Assembly: GCA_963765575.1 (NCBI GenBank)
Contig: CAVXWZ010000001.1
Coordinates: forward strand, 64,001 to 128,000
Reading direction: 5' to 3'
DNA: 64,000 nt
Source: an uncultured cyanobacterium
GTDB lineage: Bacteria > Cyanobacteriota > Cyanobacteriia > PCC-6307 > Cyanobiaceae
The position numbers and the translations under genes are program-made. Within the stretch, counting starts at the first letter, position 1; every line of letters starts with the position of its first letter. This document shows, piece after piece, positions 20,905-31,846 of the stretch. The notes under the pieces are model-generated. The model did no database searches, was not told the DNA's origin, and saw only the letters and a list, made by a program, of their open reading frames with translations.

Positions 20905-21684
20905 ATGCGCGACCATCCCATCTCACCGGTCACCGAACCGCTGCAGTACCGGGCCATTGGTGTGGTGCGGGGCCTCTACGTTCCCGCCGATGCCGAGCAG
21001 CTCACCCGCGGGGCGATCCACACCGACGACGGCCAGGAGCTGGAGGCCGTGGTGCTGGGCCGTCTGCTCACCCTGATGCGCCGGCACCTCGACCTGGCCC
21101 AGCCCCACCTCTGGGTGGTGTATCCCCGCAGCCGCGAGGATGGTGGTCTGCACCTGCAGATGGTGGGCATCTGGGAACCGAGCACCCTGGCTGCTGCCGC
21201 CCAGGAGCCTGAGGCTGGCGCTGGAGCGGAGCAGGCCCCCCCCAGCGACGCTCTGCCCGAGGGCGACGACTACTTCTCCGTGCGCGGCGAGCTGGTGTTC
21301 ACCAAGCCGGAAACCGGCGACCTGGTGGTGAAGGTGCGCCAGCTGCCCCGCTCTGACGGCCAGCGGCCGGCCCCGTTCAAGCTGCAGCTGCGCGGCGATG
21401 TGCCCCTGCAGCACCTGCGCCATTTCGTGGCCCTCGATCTGCGCCGCCAGGACCAGACCCTGGCTGTGGAGGCGCTGGAGGTGATCGCTCCGGTGTCCCA
21501 GCGCGGCAACCGCGGCGGCAAGGAGCGACCCGGCAAAGACCGCGGCGGCAAGGAGCGTGGTGGCAAGGAGCGCGGCCCTCGCCGTGACAGCCGCCCCCAG
21601 GGCGCTCGCCAGGGGGATCACCAGGGCAGTCCGTTGCCGGAGGCGCGGGGGCCCCGCTCCGCCGTCGTCCGTCCCAGCCGCTGA
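20905..21684 (+). CDS. conserved hypothetical protein with basic disordered tail
   Basis: MRDHPISPVTEPLQYRAIG..HLWVVYPR..YFSVRGELVF; host-like codon usage. Confidence 0.8.
   Translation: MRDHPISPVTEPLQYRAIGVVRGLYVPADAEQLTRGAIHTDDGQELEAVVLGRLLTLMRRHLDLAQPHLWVVYPRSREDGGLHLQMVGIWEPSTLAAAAQEPEAGAGAEQAPPSDALPEGDDYFSVRGELVFTKPETGDLVVKVRQLPRSDGQRPAPFKLQLRGDVPLQHLRHFVALDLRRQDQTLAVEALEVIAPVSQRGNRGGKERPGKDRGGKERGGKERGPRRDSRPQGARQGDHQGSPLPEARGPRSAVVRPSR
21511..21576 (+). repeat. 15-nt coding repeat (RGGKE-like x4)
   Basis: RGGKE RPGKD RGGKE RGGKE. Confidence 0.7.
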
Positions 21685-21686
21685 CC

Positions 21687-22412
21687 ATGGCCCTGTGGGA
21701 GGCCACCAGCGGCACCTGGATCAACCTGCTGGCCGTGGCCATTGGCTCGGTGGTGGGGGCTGCCCTGGGCTCCCGCATCAGCCTCGCTCTCGCCCAGCAG
21801 TGGCGCCGCTGGCTGGGGGTGGTGACGCTGCTGCTCGCCGTGCAGATGGTGCAGCCCCTCTGGCAGCAGCGCCTGGGGCCCATCCCGGCCGTGTTGCCGG
21901 CGTTGCTGGCCGTGGTGGTGGGGGTGAGCGCGGGTGAGGCGCTGGCGCTGGAGCGTCGGCTGGGGGCCTGGCTGCACCGTGCTGGCAGTCCGGCCCCGGG
22001 CTCGAGCCCCCACATCCTGGCCGGCACCTTCGTGCTCTTCTGCCTGGGCCCGATGACCCTGGTGGGCTGCCTGCGCAACGGCGCCCTGGGGGAGCCCGAC
22101 CTGTTGCTGGTCAAGGCCGGCCTGGACGGCGTCAGCTCGGCCCTGCTGGCGGCGGGCGTGGGCCTGGCGCTGGCCTGGGTGCTGCTGCCCATGGCCGTGC
22201 TGCAGTTCGCGCTCTCCGGTCTCGGCGTGCTGATGGCCGGCGGCCTGAGCGATCCCATGGCGGCCCCAGCCGTGGCCTTCACCGCCGCCCTCGGCGGCCT
22301 GCTGGTGCTGAGCCTGGCCCTGGAGCTGCTGGAGCTGCCCCATCCCTCCAGCGTCAACGCCCTGCCGGCCCTGCTGCTCGGTCCGTTGCTGGGCTGGGGG
22401 GTGCAGCCATGA
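21687..22412 (+). CDS. DUF554 family membrane protein
   Basis: GTWINLLAVAIGS, LFCLGPMTLVG, LLVKAGLDG. Confidence 0.88.
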   Translation: MALWEATSGTWINLLAVAIGSVVGAALGSRISLALAQQWRRWLGVVTLLLAVQMVQPLWQQRLGPIPAVLPALLAVVVGVSAGEALALERRLGAWLHRAGSPAPGSSPHILAGTFVLFCLGPMTLVGCLRNGALGEPDLLLVKAGLDGVSSALLAAGVGLALAWVLLPMAVLQFALSGLGVLMAGGLSDPMAAPAVAFTAALGGLLVLSLALELLELPHPSSVNALPALLLGPLLGWGVQP

Positions 22413-23052
22413 CCTCCCCCCTGGCCGCCGGCATCGCCGTGGCCGTGATCAGCTTGCTGGCGGTGGTGGGTCCGCTGCTGGGCCTCTCGCCCGCCTGGAT
22501 CGTCGTGCTGGTCGTCGCCGCCCTGGGGGCGCTCACCTCGATGCGGCCAGCTTCTCGGGCCGCGGCGGCCACCTGCTGGCCGAGACCCTGCCCGGCGGCG
22601 AGGGCCGGCTGCGGCGCATCGCCGTGCATGAGGCCGGCCATGTGCTGCTGGCGGCCGAGGAGCAGCTGCCGGTGCGGCGGGTGCTGGTGGGCAGCCTGGC
22701 CTGTCTGCAGGTGGGGCTGGCCGCCGGCGGCAGCACTGAATTCGATCCCCCCGACCACGCCAAGCTTCCGCTTGAAGACCTGCGCCGCTGGAGCCGGGTG
22801 CTGCAGGCCGGCATGGCCGCTGAGCAGCTGATCTACGGCGGCAGTGTCGGCGGCGCCGATGACCGGGCGCTGCTGGGCCGTCTGTGGGGACTGTCCGGCC
22901 ACGACGTGGCCACCGCCCAGCGGGAGCAGCGCCGCGCCCGCCGCGAGATCGACCAGCAGCTGCGCCGCCGCCGCCCGGAGCTGGAGGCCGAGGCCGCCCG
23001 GCTGCTGGCGGGCGCCCCGCGCCTCGGCCGCAGCCAAGTCCAGGAGGCCTGA
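22409..23052 (+). CDS. membrane protein with M41-like HEAGH motif (1-bp frameshift ~22537)
   Basis: TM N-terminus in one frame; RRIAVHEAGH..AGMAAE..GGADD in the next. Confidence 0.75.
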
Positions 23053-23053
23053 G

Positions 23054-24286
23054 GTGGGCCGGCTGGCCCTGATCGACTGCCCCACCGGCCTGGCGGGCAA
23101 CATGCTGCTGGCGGCGCTGCTGGATCTGGGCGTGCCCGAGGCGGTGGTCAGCGAGCCCCTGGCGGCCCTGGGCCTGGCCGGGGCCTATCGGCTGGAGATC
23201 GAGGAACGCCGCAGCGGGGGCCTGCGCGGTCTGCACCTGGCCGTGCGGCTGCTGGAGCAGGAACCGCCGCGACGCCACTGGAGCCGCTTGCGGGTCCAGC
23301 TGGAGCGGGCCCCCATCGACGAGGCCCTGCGCCGGCGGGTGCTGGCGGTGTTCGGCCTGCTGGCCGAGGCCGAGGGGGCGGTGCATGGCCACAGCCCCGG
23401 GCAGGTGCACTTCCACGAGGTGGGGGCCGTGGATGCCCTGGTGGATGTGGTGGGGGTATGCGCCGCCCTGCTGCATCTGGGGGTGGAGCGGCTGCTGTGC
23501 ACGCCGCCGCCGGCGGGCCACGGCAGCGTGCGCACCGCCCATGGCGTGCTGCCGCTGCCGGCGCCGGCGGTGCTGGAGATCGCCCGTCGGCGCGGGGTGC
23601 CCCTGGGGGCCGCGGGCGGCCTGCCGGCCGGAGAACTCACCACCCCCACCGGCCTGGCCCTGGTGGCCTGCTGGGCGGATTGCTTTGGCCTGCCGCCCGC
23701 CCACGTGCCCCGCCAGGTGGGCGTGGGGCTGGGCAGCCGGGAGCTGGACCGCCCCAACCTCTTACGCCTGGTGCTCGCCGATGCCGTGGCTGGCGCTGGC
23801 GGCGCTGAGGGTCTGGAGCCCCGCCTGGAGACCGTGCTGGTGCAGCAGGCCCAGATCGATGACGCCACCCCCGAGGACCTGGCCTTTCTGCTCGACGCCC
23901 TGCGCCAGGCCGGCGCCCTGGAGGCCTTCAGCCAGCCGCTCACCATGAAGAAGGGCCGGCCGGGCTGGCTGGTGACGGCCCTGGGGCGGCCCGACCGCGC
24001 GGCCGCGGCGGCCCTGCGCCAGGTGTGGTGGTGCCACAGCAGCAGCCTGGGGTTGCGCGAACAGGAGCAGCGGCGCTGGGCGCTGCCCCGCCGCCAGCTC
24101 AACCTCGACACGCCCCTCGGTGCGGTGCGGCTCAAGCAGGCCCGCCGTCCCGATGGCCGCTGGAGTTCGAAGCCCGAACACGACGACCTGGTCGCCCTGG
24201 CCCGCCGCCACGACCTGTCCCTGGAGCAGGTGCGTGCCACTGTGCTCGCAGCGCTGGACCGGATGCCGCCGCCGCCGCCGCCGTGA
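23054..24286 (+). CDS. larC: nickel pincer cofactor nickel insertase
   Basis: DCPTGLAGNMLLAAL, VHFHEVGAVDA, GELTTPTG, MKKGRPG, KPEHDD. Confidence 0.92.
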   Translation: MGRLALIDCPTGLAGNMLLAALLDLGVPEAVVSEPLAALGLAGAYRLEIEERRSGGLRGLHLAVRLLEQEPPRRHWSRLRVQLERAPIDEALRRRVLAVFGLLAEAEGAVHGHSPGQVHFHEVGAVDALVDVVGVCAALLHLGVERLLCTPPPAGHGSVRTAHGVLPLPAPAVLEIARRRGVPLGAAGGLPAGELTTPTGLALVACWADCFGLPPAHVPRQVGVGLGSRELDRPNLLRLVLADAVAGAGGAEGLEPRLETVLVQQAQIDDATPEDLAFLLDALRQAGALEAFSQPLTMKKGRPGWLVTALGRPDRAAAAALRQVWWCHSSSLGLREQEQRRWALPRRQLNLDTPLGAVRLKQARRPDGRWSSKPEHDDLVALARRHDLSLEQVRATVLAALDRMPPPPPP

Positions 24287-25336
24287 AACTTCCCCCCCTG
24301 CCGCCGCTGCCGTCCCTGGCCCTGGGGTCTCGCCTGCGCCCCCTGGCCGCTCAGCTGCACCGATGGGCCGCCTGGCTGCGCCGGCTGCCCCTGCCCGGTG
24401 GGGTCTCGCTGTGGATCACCCTGCTCAGCTTCGGCTTCCTGCTGGCGGCCCTGGTGGGCCATGGCCGCCGCATGCTGCAGCTCAGCCTCGATCCCCAGGG
24501 CTGGTGGTGGCTGCTGCTGGGGGTGGGCTTCAGCCTGCTCAGCCTGGTGGTCAATGGCCTGGGGCTGGCGGCGGTGCTGCGCTGGCTGCAGCTGAGGCCC
24601 CGCTGGCCCGCCCTGGTGAGGCTCTATCTCGACACCAACCTGCGCAAGTTCCTGCCCGGCGGCATCTGGCATCTGGTGGGCCGCCTCGGGCCCCTGCGCG
24701 GCGAGGGGCCCGGTCGGCCCCCTGCAACAGCCGGCCCCCCTGACCCTGGCCCTCGTGGCGGTGCTGCTCGATCCCATGCTGGCGGCCGTGGCGGCCCTGG
24801 CCCTGGTGCCGCTGGCGGGCTGGCAGAACGGACTGGCACTGCTCTGCCTGCTGCCCCTGGCCCTGCTCTGGCCGCGTTGGCTGGCGCCGCTGCTGGCACG
24901 GCTGGAGCGCCGCCAGGCCAGACGCCTGCGGCTGGAGCCTGCGGCCCTCGCGGCGCTGGGGGAGGAACTGACGCAAGCCCTGACCGGCTATCCCTGGCCC
25001 CCCCTGCTGGTGCAGCTGGCTTTCGTGCTGCTGCGCTTCGCCGGTTTCGCCTGCTGCGTGCTGGCCTTCGATCTGCACACCTCGCTGGCCTGGAGCGGCT
25101 GGCTGGCCGGCTTTGCCCTGGCCTGGACCATCGGCCTGGTGGTGCCGGGGGCGCCCGGGGGCCTGGGGGTGTTTGAAGCGGCCCTGCTGCTGCGGCTCGG
25201 CGGCGCCATCCCCGAGGCGCCGCTGCTGGCCATCGCCCTCAGCTACCGGCTGGTGGCCACCCTGGCCGATCTGGTGGGGGCAGGCTGCGCCCGCCTCGAT
25301 CAGCAGCTGGATGGGCCTGGCCTGCCGGCGTCCTGA
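24283..25336 (+). CDS. UPF0104 / lysylphosphatidylglycerol synthase TM-domain protein (frameshift ~24700)
   Basis: TNLRKFLPGGIWH in one frame; VPGAPGGLGVFEA..YRL in another. Confidence 0.8.
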
Positions 25337-25392
25337 CCCTCCTGGACCCATGGACGCACTTCGCAACTGCACCTATTGTTGAGAATTCGCGG

Positions 25393-25881
25393 GTGATCCT
25401 GGTGCCTGCCCCCCCCAACCCTGGATCCGTGGCGGCTTCCCGCAACGCCAGCGATGGGCTGCGCACCAGCCTCCATGACCGGGGGCAGCGGCTCACACCC
25501 CAGCGCCAGCGGGTGCTGGAGCTGTTTCAGCAGATCGGCGAGGGGGCTCACCTCAGCGCCGAGGAGGTGCACCAGCGGCTGCTGCGCGCCCAGGAACGGG
25601 TGTCCCTGGCCACGGTCTACCGCACCCTGCGCCTGCTCAGTTCGATGGAGTTGCTGCAGGAGCTCGAGCTGCCGGACGGGGGCCGCCGTTTCGAACTCAC
25701 CGGCGATGCCCACCGCGATCACCACCATCTGGTGTGCGTGCGCTGCGGTCGTACCGAGGAGTTCGAGAACACCGCCGTGCTGGTCGCCGGCGACGAGGCC
25801 GCCAAGGCCCACGCCTTTCGTCTGCTCGACTGCGTGCTCACGGTGCGGGCCCTCTGCCCCCGCTGTGCCGAACAGTCCTGA
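25393..25881 (+). CDS. fur: Fur-family transcriptional regulator
   Basis: RLTPQR, HLSAEE, SLATVYRTL, HHHLVCVRC, CPRC. Confidence 0.9.
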   Translation: MILVPAPPNPGSVAASRNASDGLRTSLHDRGQRLTPQRQRVLELFQQIGEGAHLSAEEVHQRLLRAQERVSLATVYRTLRLLSSMELLQELELPDGGRRFELTGDAHRDHHHLVCVRCGRTEEFENTAVLVAGDEAAKAHAFRLLDCVLTVRALCPRCAEQS

Positions 25882-25892
25882 ACCCCGCCCCG

Positions 25893-27587
25893 TTGGCCCT
25901 GCCCTTCCCGGTCTGGTTGCGTTCCTACAGGCCTGAATGGCTGCGTCCCGACCTGGTGGCGGGCCTCACCGCGGCGGCGGTGGTGCTGCCCAAGGCCCTG
26001 GCCTTCGCCACCATCGCCGGCCTGCCGGTGGAGGTGGGGCTCTACACGGCCCTGGTGCCGATGGTGGTGTACGCGCTGCTGGGCAGCTCTCGGCCCCTGA
26101 GCGTGAGCACCACCACCACCCTGGCGATCCTGGTGGGCAGCGAGCTGGATCGGCTCGGTGTGGCCCAGGATCCTGCCCAGGCGCTGGCGAGCAGCGGCCT
26201 GCTGGCCCTGCTGGTGGGGCTGATGTTGCTGGCCGCCTCACTGTTGCGGCTGGGTTTTGTGGCCAGCTTCATCTCCGAGTCGGTGCTGGTGGGGTTCAAG
26301 AGCGCGATCGGCGTGGTGATCGTGGTCGACCAGTTGCCCAAATTGCTGGGGGTGTCGATCGACAAGCTGGGGCTGTTCCGGGATCTGGCGGCGCTGGTGG
26401 CGGCGTTGCCCCAGGCGTCCCTGGCCACCGTGGCCCTCTCCCTTGGGCTGGTGGCCCTGCTGATCGGCCTGGAGCGCCGTTGGCCCCGTCTGCCGGCGCC
26501 GCTGCTGGTGGTGGTGGTGGCGATCCTGCTCACCGCCGGGCTGGGTCTGCCGGAGCGCGGCGTGGACGTGGTGGGGGCCATCCCCAGTGGGCTGCCGGCC
26601 TTTCAACTGCCTTTCCTCAACAGCGCAGGCCCATCCCCCCTGGCCCTGGCCAACCAGCTGTGGCCGGCCGCGGCCGGCATCGCCGTGATGAGCTTCACCG
26701 AGAGCGCCGCGGCCTCGCGGGCCTTCCGCGAGATGGGCGAACCGGCGCCGAATGCCAATCAGGATCTGCTGGCCCTTGGCGCCGCCAACCTGTTGGGGGC
26801 CTGCTTCGGCGCGATGGCGGCGGGCGGCGGCACCTCCCAGACCGCCGTGAACCGCAACGCCGGCGCCCGCACCCAGCTGGCCGCGATAGTCACGGCGGCC
26901 GCCACGCTGGCCACCCTGTTGGTGCTGGCGCCCCTCATCGCCCTGATGCCCCAGGCCGCCCTGGCCGTGGTGGTGATCGCCTATGCCCTGGCGATGATCG
27001 CGCCGGCTGAATTCCTGGCGATCCGCCGCGTGCGGGCCCCGGAGTTCCGCTGGGCGGTGGTGGCCTTTCTGGGAGTGGTGTTCCTCGGCACCCTGGAGGG
27101 CATCCTGGTGGCGGTGGTGTTGTCGCTGCTGTCGCTGGCGCAGCAGGAGGTCAACCCTGCCGTGTATGAGATGGGTCGTAAGCCGGGCACGGATGGGTTT
27201 CGCCCTGTCTCGCCCCAGCACCCAGAGGATGAAACCTGGCCAGGGCTGTTGATCCTCCATCCCGAAGGTCGGCTCTTCTTTGCCAATGCGGAGGCCGTGT
27301 CCAGCCGCATGCGGCAACGGATCCATCGCGACAGGCCCAGGGTGGTGGTGCTGGATGGCAGCGCGGTGATCGACCTGGAGTACTCGGCGCTCAAGGCCCT
27401 GGTGGAGGCCGAGCGCCGGTTGCGCCGCGATGGCACCGAGCTGTGGATGGCTGGGCTGAATCCGGATGTGCTGAAGGTGGTGCGCCGCTCCGAGCTGGGC
27501 AGCCGCCTCGGGCCGGGCCGGCTCCACCTCACTGTGGAGCGCGCCGTGGAGCGTTTCCTGCAGCACGAGGCCGGCGACGGCTCCTGA
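25893..27587 (+). CDS. SulP family anion transporter with STAS domain
   Basis: DLVAGLT, GLYTALVP..LGSSR, NQDLLALG, STAS LFFANA; start approximate. Confidence 0.92.
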   Translation: MALPFPVWLRSYRPEWLRPDLVAGLTAAAVVLPKALAFATIAGLPVEVGLYTALVPMVVYALLGSSRPLSVSTTTTLAILVGSELDRLGVAQDPAQALASSGLLALLVGLMLLAASLLRLGFVASFISESVLVGFKSAIGVVIVVDQLPKLLGVSIDKLGLFRDLAALVAALPQASLATVALSLGLVALLIGLERRWPRLPAPLLVVVVAILLTAGLGLPERGVDVVGAIPSGLPAFQLPFLNSAGPSPLALANQLWPAAAGIAVMSFTESAAASRAFREMGEPAPNANQDLLALGAANLLGACFGAMAAGGGTSQTAVNRNAGARTQLAAIVTAAATLATLLVLAPLIALMPQAALAVVVIAYALAMIAPAEFLAIRRVRAPEFRWAVVAFLGVVFLGTLEGILVAVVLSLLSLAQQEVNPAVYEMGRKPGTDGFRPVSPQHPEDETWPGLLILHPEGRLFFANAEAVSSRMRQRIHRDRPRVVVLDGSAVIDLEYSALKALVEAERRLRRDGTELWMAGLNPDVLKVVRRSELGSRLGPGRLHLTVERAVERFLQHEAGDGS

Positions 27588-27628
27588 GCGGGGCATCATG
27601 GGCGCCGGCCGTGCTGAGATCACGAAGG

Positions 27629-28655
27629 ATGTGGCGTTCCCTGGTTTCAGGCCTGCTGCTGGCCCCGCTGTACTGGCTGCCGGCTGCTCCAGCTGCGGCC
27701 CAGATCCAACCCCTGCCCTCCTGGAACGAGGGCGCTGCGCGCCAGCGCATCCTTCAGTTCGTGGCGGCGGTGACGACACCGGGTGGCCCTGACTACGTGG
27801 CGCCGGCGGAGCGCATCGCCGTGTTTGACAACGACGGCACGCTCTGGGCGGAGCAACCGATGTATGTGCAGCTGGCCTTCGCCATCGATCGAGCCCGCAC
27901 GCTGGTGAGTCAGCAACCTGAGCTGGCCGCCCATCCGGTGCTGGCTGCGGCCGCTGCGGCCGGTCAAGCTGAGGCGATGCCCAGCATGGGCATCCCAGAG
28001 CTGCTGGAGCTGGTGGCCCTCACCCATGCGGGTATGGATGCCGAGGCGTTCCGGGAGCTGGTCGGCGACTGGTTCGCCAGCGCCTGCCATCCCACCTGGA
28101 AGCGTTCCTATCGCGCGCTCACCTACCAGCCGATGCGGGAGTTGCTCGACTACCTGAGGAGCCACGGATTCCAGACCTACATCGTCTCCGCTGGTGGCGT
28201 GGAGTTCGTTCGGGTGGTGAGCGAGGAGCTCTACGGCATTCCCCCCGAGCAGGTGATCGGCTCGCTCGTGGCCAGCCGCTATGCCCTCCAGGACGGGCTG
28301 CCGACGATCCTCCGCCAGGCGGAGGTGCAGCTGATCAACGACGGGGCCATCAAGCCCGTGATGATCGAGCAGGTGATCGGCCGTCAGCCCATTGCCGCCT
28401 TCGGCAATTCCGATGGCGACTTCGAAATGCTGGAGTGGACCACCAGCCAGCCTGGGGCCGAGCCTGGGGCTGATCGTGCACCACGACGACCCGGAGCGGG
28501 AGGTGGCCTACGACAGCCCGTCGTCCATTGGCCGCCTCGATCGGGCCCTCAAGGAAGCGCCCGGGAGGGGCTGGATGGTGGTGTCGATGCGCGACGACTG
28601 GGCCCGGGTGTTTGCCGATCCTCCAGCCCGACCTCTGGAGGCTGAGTGCCCCTGA
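27629..28655 (+). CDS. secreted HAD-family phosphatase (frameshift ~28455)
   Basis: Signal peptide, LPSWNEG, FDNDGTLW, GNSDGD; tail HHDDPEREVAY..VSMRDDW in a shifted frame. Confidence 0.85.
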
Positions 28656-28699
28656 CGCAGTCGCGCCTGGGCCGGCGGTCATCGGTTCAGATCCTGCTC

Positions 28700-29202
28700 A
28701 AGACTTCCTCTCCTTGGACCAGCTTGCAGCCGCCCTGCCCGGCCTCACTCTGTTCGCGATCATGTTCGCCCTGGGGCTTGGCCTGCAGCCCCAGGCCCTG
28801 GAGCAGATCCGCCGGCGACCCGCCCTGGTGCTGCGGGTGCTGATCGGCTCCTGTGTGCTGGTGCCGCTGGTGGTGGACCTGTTCCGGGCCACGTTCGCCA
28901 TCCAGGGTTGGGACATCGGCCCCCGGGCTGGGTGGAGAGGCTTGAGCTGCCCCTCAACAGGCTGGCCAATGAGCTGTTCCAGCTGCTCGTGGTGATGGTG
29001 ATCAAGGCCGGCTCCCGGCGAGCGGCTCACCGTGGCGCTGGTTATCTCGATGCGCAATCCGGGCCTGGCCCTGGTGTTCGCGGCCACCTACGGCGCCGCG
29101 GTCCCTGGACTCAAGCTGGCTGTGCTGGTCTACCTGCTGGTCACCGTGCTGCTCTCGATTCCCTTCGTGCGCTGGCAGAAGAGCCAGCTGCAGCCGGTCT
29201 GA
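28700..29202 (+). pseudogene. bile acid:sodium symporter remnant with internal deletions
   Basis: TLFAIMFALGLGL, QGWDI and SMRNPGLAL are collinear with the copy at 33651-34537 but long blocks are missing. Confidence 0.75.
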
Positions 29203-30187
29203 GGGGCTGTTCCCCTGGGTTCCCTCCCGCCAGGGTGTCGCAGGGCCGCTCCCCGAACAGGTCGGCGTAGTGCCTGGCGAAGTGCCCATGGTTGAAAAAG
29301 CCCCATTGGGCGGCGAGCGCGCCGATCGCCGCCTGGCTTGGATCGGCCCCCAGGAGTTCCTGGCGGATGCCATGCAGGCGCTGAAGCCGCAGATAGGTGA
29401 TCGGGCCCATCCCCAGGTGCTCCCGGAACCCCTGGATCAGGCTGCGCCGGCTCGTGTGCACCTCCCGGCAGAGGCCCTCCAGGTGGATGGGCTGGCCAGG
29501 GTGGGCCTGCATCCAGTGCTGGGCCGCCTTCACCAGCTCGATGCGGGAGGGGGGCCGGGCCAGCCCGCCGCTGGCGGCTCCGCCATGCACCAGGGCCTCC
29601 AGCATCAGGGGGGTCAGGTCGCTGCTCACCAGGGACCCGAACCCGGCCACCTGCTCCAGGGACGGGTCGGCCTCCAGCGCTGCGAACAGCTGGCGCAGGT
29701 AACGCCTCAGCCGGGTGAACCGCAGGGGGTCCACGGTGAGCCAGTTGCTGGCCAGCGCCCCCTCCAACACTGGACAGCCGAGCTGGTCGGCCCGGCGCAA
29801 GAAGGCCTCCCGCTCGATCAGCAGCAGGGCCAGGTTGCAGCGGCCAAAGGTGGTGAGATGGATCTCGCCGGAGCCAGAGAGCCCGAACAGGGCCCTGGGC
29901 AGCAGCGGTTGGCCATGGCTGCGGATCGCGGCTGGCGAGGGTTCGCCTTTGGGCGGCTCCCCCTCCAGATCGAGCGCCACGAGCTGGCGGTCAGCCGGCT
30001 TGGAGCCGGCGCAGTGGATGGCGCCGTCGAGGCGAATGCGCAGCAGCCGCAGTTCCCCCAGCCCCAGGGGCAACAGATCGCCATGCAGCCCGCCCCGGGC
30101 GAGCTGGGTCACTGTCACCGGCAGACCACCGCCGGCTAGCTGGGCCTGCAGGCACTCGACGCTGTCAACGGTCAGGGGGGCAGCCAT
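29141..30187 (-). CDS. AraC-family (EutR-like) transcriptional regulator
   Basis: C-terminal HTH: SRRSLIQGFREHLGMGP..WGFFNHGHFARHYADLFGERP. Confidence 0.92.
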   Translation of the reverse strand: MAAPLTVDSVECLQAQLAGGGLPVTVTQLARGGLHGDLLPLGLGELRLLRIRLDGAIHCAGSKPADRQLVALDLEGEPPKGEPSPAAIRSHGQPLLPRALFGLSGSGEIHLTTFGRCNLALLLIEREAFLRRADQLGCPVLEGALASNWLTVDPLRFTRLRRYLRQLFAALEADPSLEQVAGFGSLVSSDLTPLMLEALVHGGAASGGLARPPSRIELVKAAQHWMQAHPGQPIHLEGLCREVHTSRRSLIQGFREHLGMGPITYLRLQRLHGIRQELLGADPSQAAIGALAAQWGFFNHGHFARHYADLFGERPCDTLAGGNPGEQPLRPAAAGSSASARRESRAAR

Positions 30188-30271
30188 GAATCACAATTTC
30201 GCACTTTCTGAGTGGTCGCCCCTGGCCTCCCTGGCCACAGTGCGGGAGCACTGTTCCCCTTCTCCGCCTCC

Positions 30272-31775
30272 ATGCCCAACGGAAAGCCCAACGTCCTGAT
30301 CCTCTGGGGCGACGACATCGGCCAGAGCAACCTCAGCTGCTACAGCGATGGCCTGATGGGGTACCAGACCCCCAACATCGACCGGGTGGCCAAGGAGGGC
30401 GCCCGCTTCATCCACTACTACGCCGAGCAGAGCTGCACCGCCGGCCGGGCCGCCTTCATCTCCGGCCAGAGCGTGCTCCGCACCGGCCTCAGCAAGGTGG
30501 GCCTGCCCGGCGCCAAGGTGGGCTACCAGGACGAGGATCCCACCATCGCCGAGCTGCTGCAAGCCCCAGGGCTATCGCACCGGCCAGTTCGGCAAGAACC
30601 ACTTCGGGGATCGGGATGAATACCTGCCCACGATGCACGGCTTCGATGAGTTCTTCGGCAATCTGTATCACCTCAACGCCGAGGAAGAGCCGGAGCTGCG
30701 CGACTATCCCCCCGAAGCGGATTATCCCAACTTCAAGAAGAACTTCGGACCCCGCGGCGTGTTGCACTGCTGGGCCAATGGCGACGGCACCCAGCGCATC
30801 GAGAACACCGGCCCGCTCACCAAGAAGCGGATGGAGACGGCCGACGAGGAGTTCATGAAGGAGGCCAAGCGCTTCATCACGGATGCGGTGGCCTCCGGCG
30901 AGCCCTTCTTCGTGTGGTTCAACACCACCCACATGCACTTCCGCACCCATGCCCGTCCCCAGGACATCGGCCAGTCGGGGCGGTGGCAGTCGGAATACCA
31001 CGACGTGATGATCTATCACGACAACTGCATCGGTGAGATGCTCGATCTGCTCGATGAGCTGGGCATCACCGACGACACGATCGTGATGTACAGCACCGAC
31101 AACGGCCCCCACATGAACAGCTGGCCCGATGCCGGCATGACCCCCTTCCGCAACGAGAAGAACTCCAACTGGGAAGGGGCCTACCGGGTGCCGTGCCTGG
31201 TGCGCTGGCCGGGCCACATTGAGCCCGGCACCCTGCTCACCGGCATCGTGAGCCATCTCGACTGGCTGCCCACGATCCTGGCGGCCGCCGGCGAACCGGA
31301 GATCAAGCAGAAGTGCCTCGAGGGCTACCAGGTGGGCAACAAGACCTTCAAGGTGCACCTGGATGGCTACAACATGCTCGACTACTGGACCGGGAAGACC
31401 GACAAAAGTCCGCGGATCGACTTCTTCTACTTCTCCGACGACGGTGACCTCACCGCCCTGCGCTACGACAACTGGAAGTTCGTGTTCATGGAGCAGCGTG
31501 CCACCGGCACTCTGCAGATCTGGATGGAGCCTTTCACCGTTCTGCGCGTCCCCAAGATCTTCAACCTGCTCACCGATCCCTACGAGCGGGCCGACATCAC
31601 CTCCAACACCTACTGTGACTGGATGCTCGACCATGTCTTCCTGCTGGTTCCCGCTCAGGCGAGGGTGGCCCAGGCCCTGGAGACCCTCAAGGCCTTCCCG
31701 CCCCGCCAGAAGGCGGCCAGCTTCACGGTGAGCGATGCGATCGAGAAGATGACCGCCACCCTCGGCAGCTCCTGA
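30272..31775 (+). CDS. arylsulfatase (one extra base at ~30560)
   Basis: KPNVLILWGDDIG, formylglycine motif SCTAGRA, GKNH, STDNG, EKNSNWEG. Removing one base joins both ORFs. Confidence 0.92.
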
Positions 31776-31846
31776 GGCCGGCCCTTGCCGTCAGGCCCAC
31801 GGCTTTCCAGGCCCTGCCTTCAGCAACCCTCTCCACATCGTCCCCT

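Noticed and set aside
24265..24283. (GCC)n tract at the larC end as a phase-variation site
   Set aside because: Triplet repeat encoding terminal poly-Pro; length changes would not shift the frame.
25376..25392. TTGAGAAT before fur as an autoregulatory box
   Set aside because: Only a half-site; the other arm does not match.
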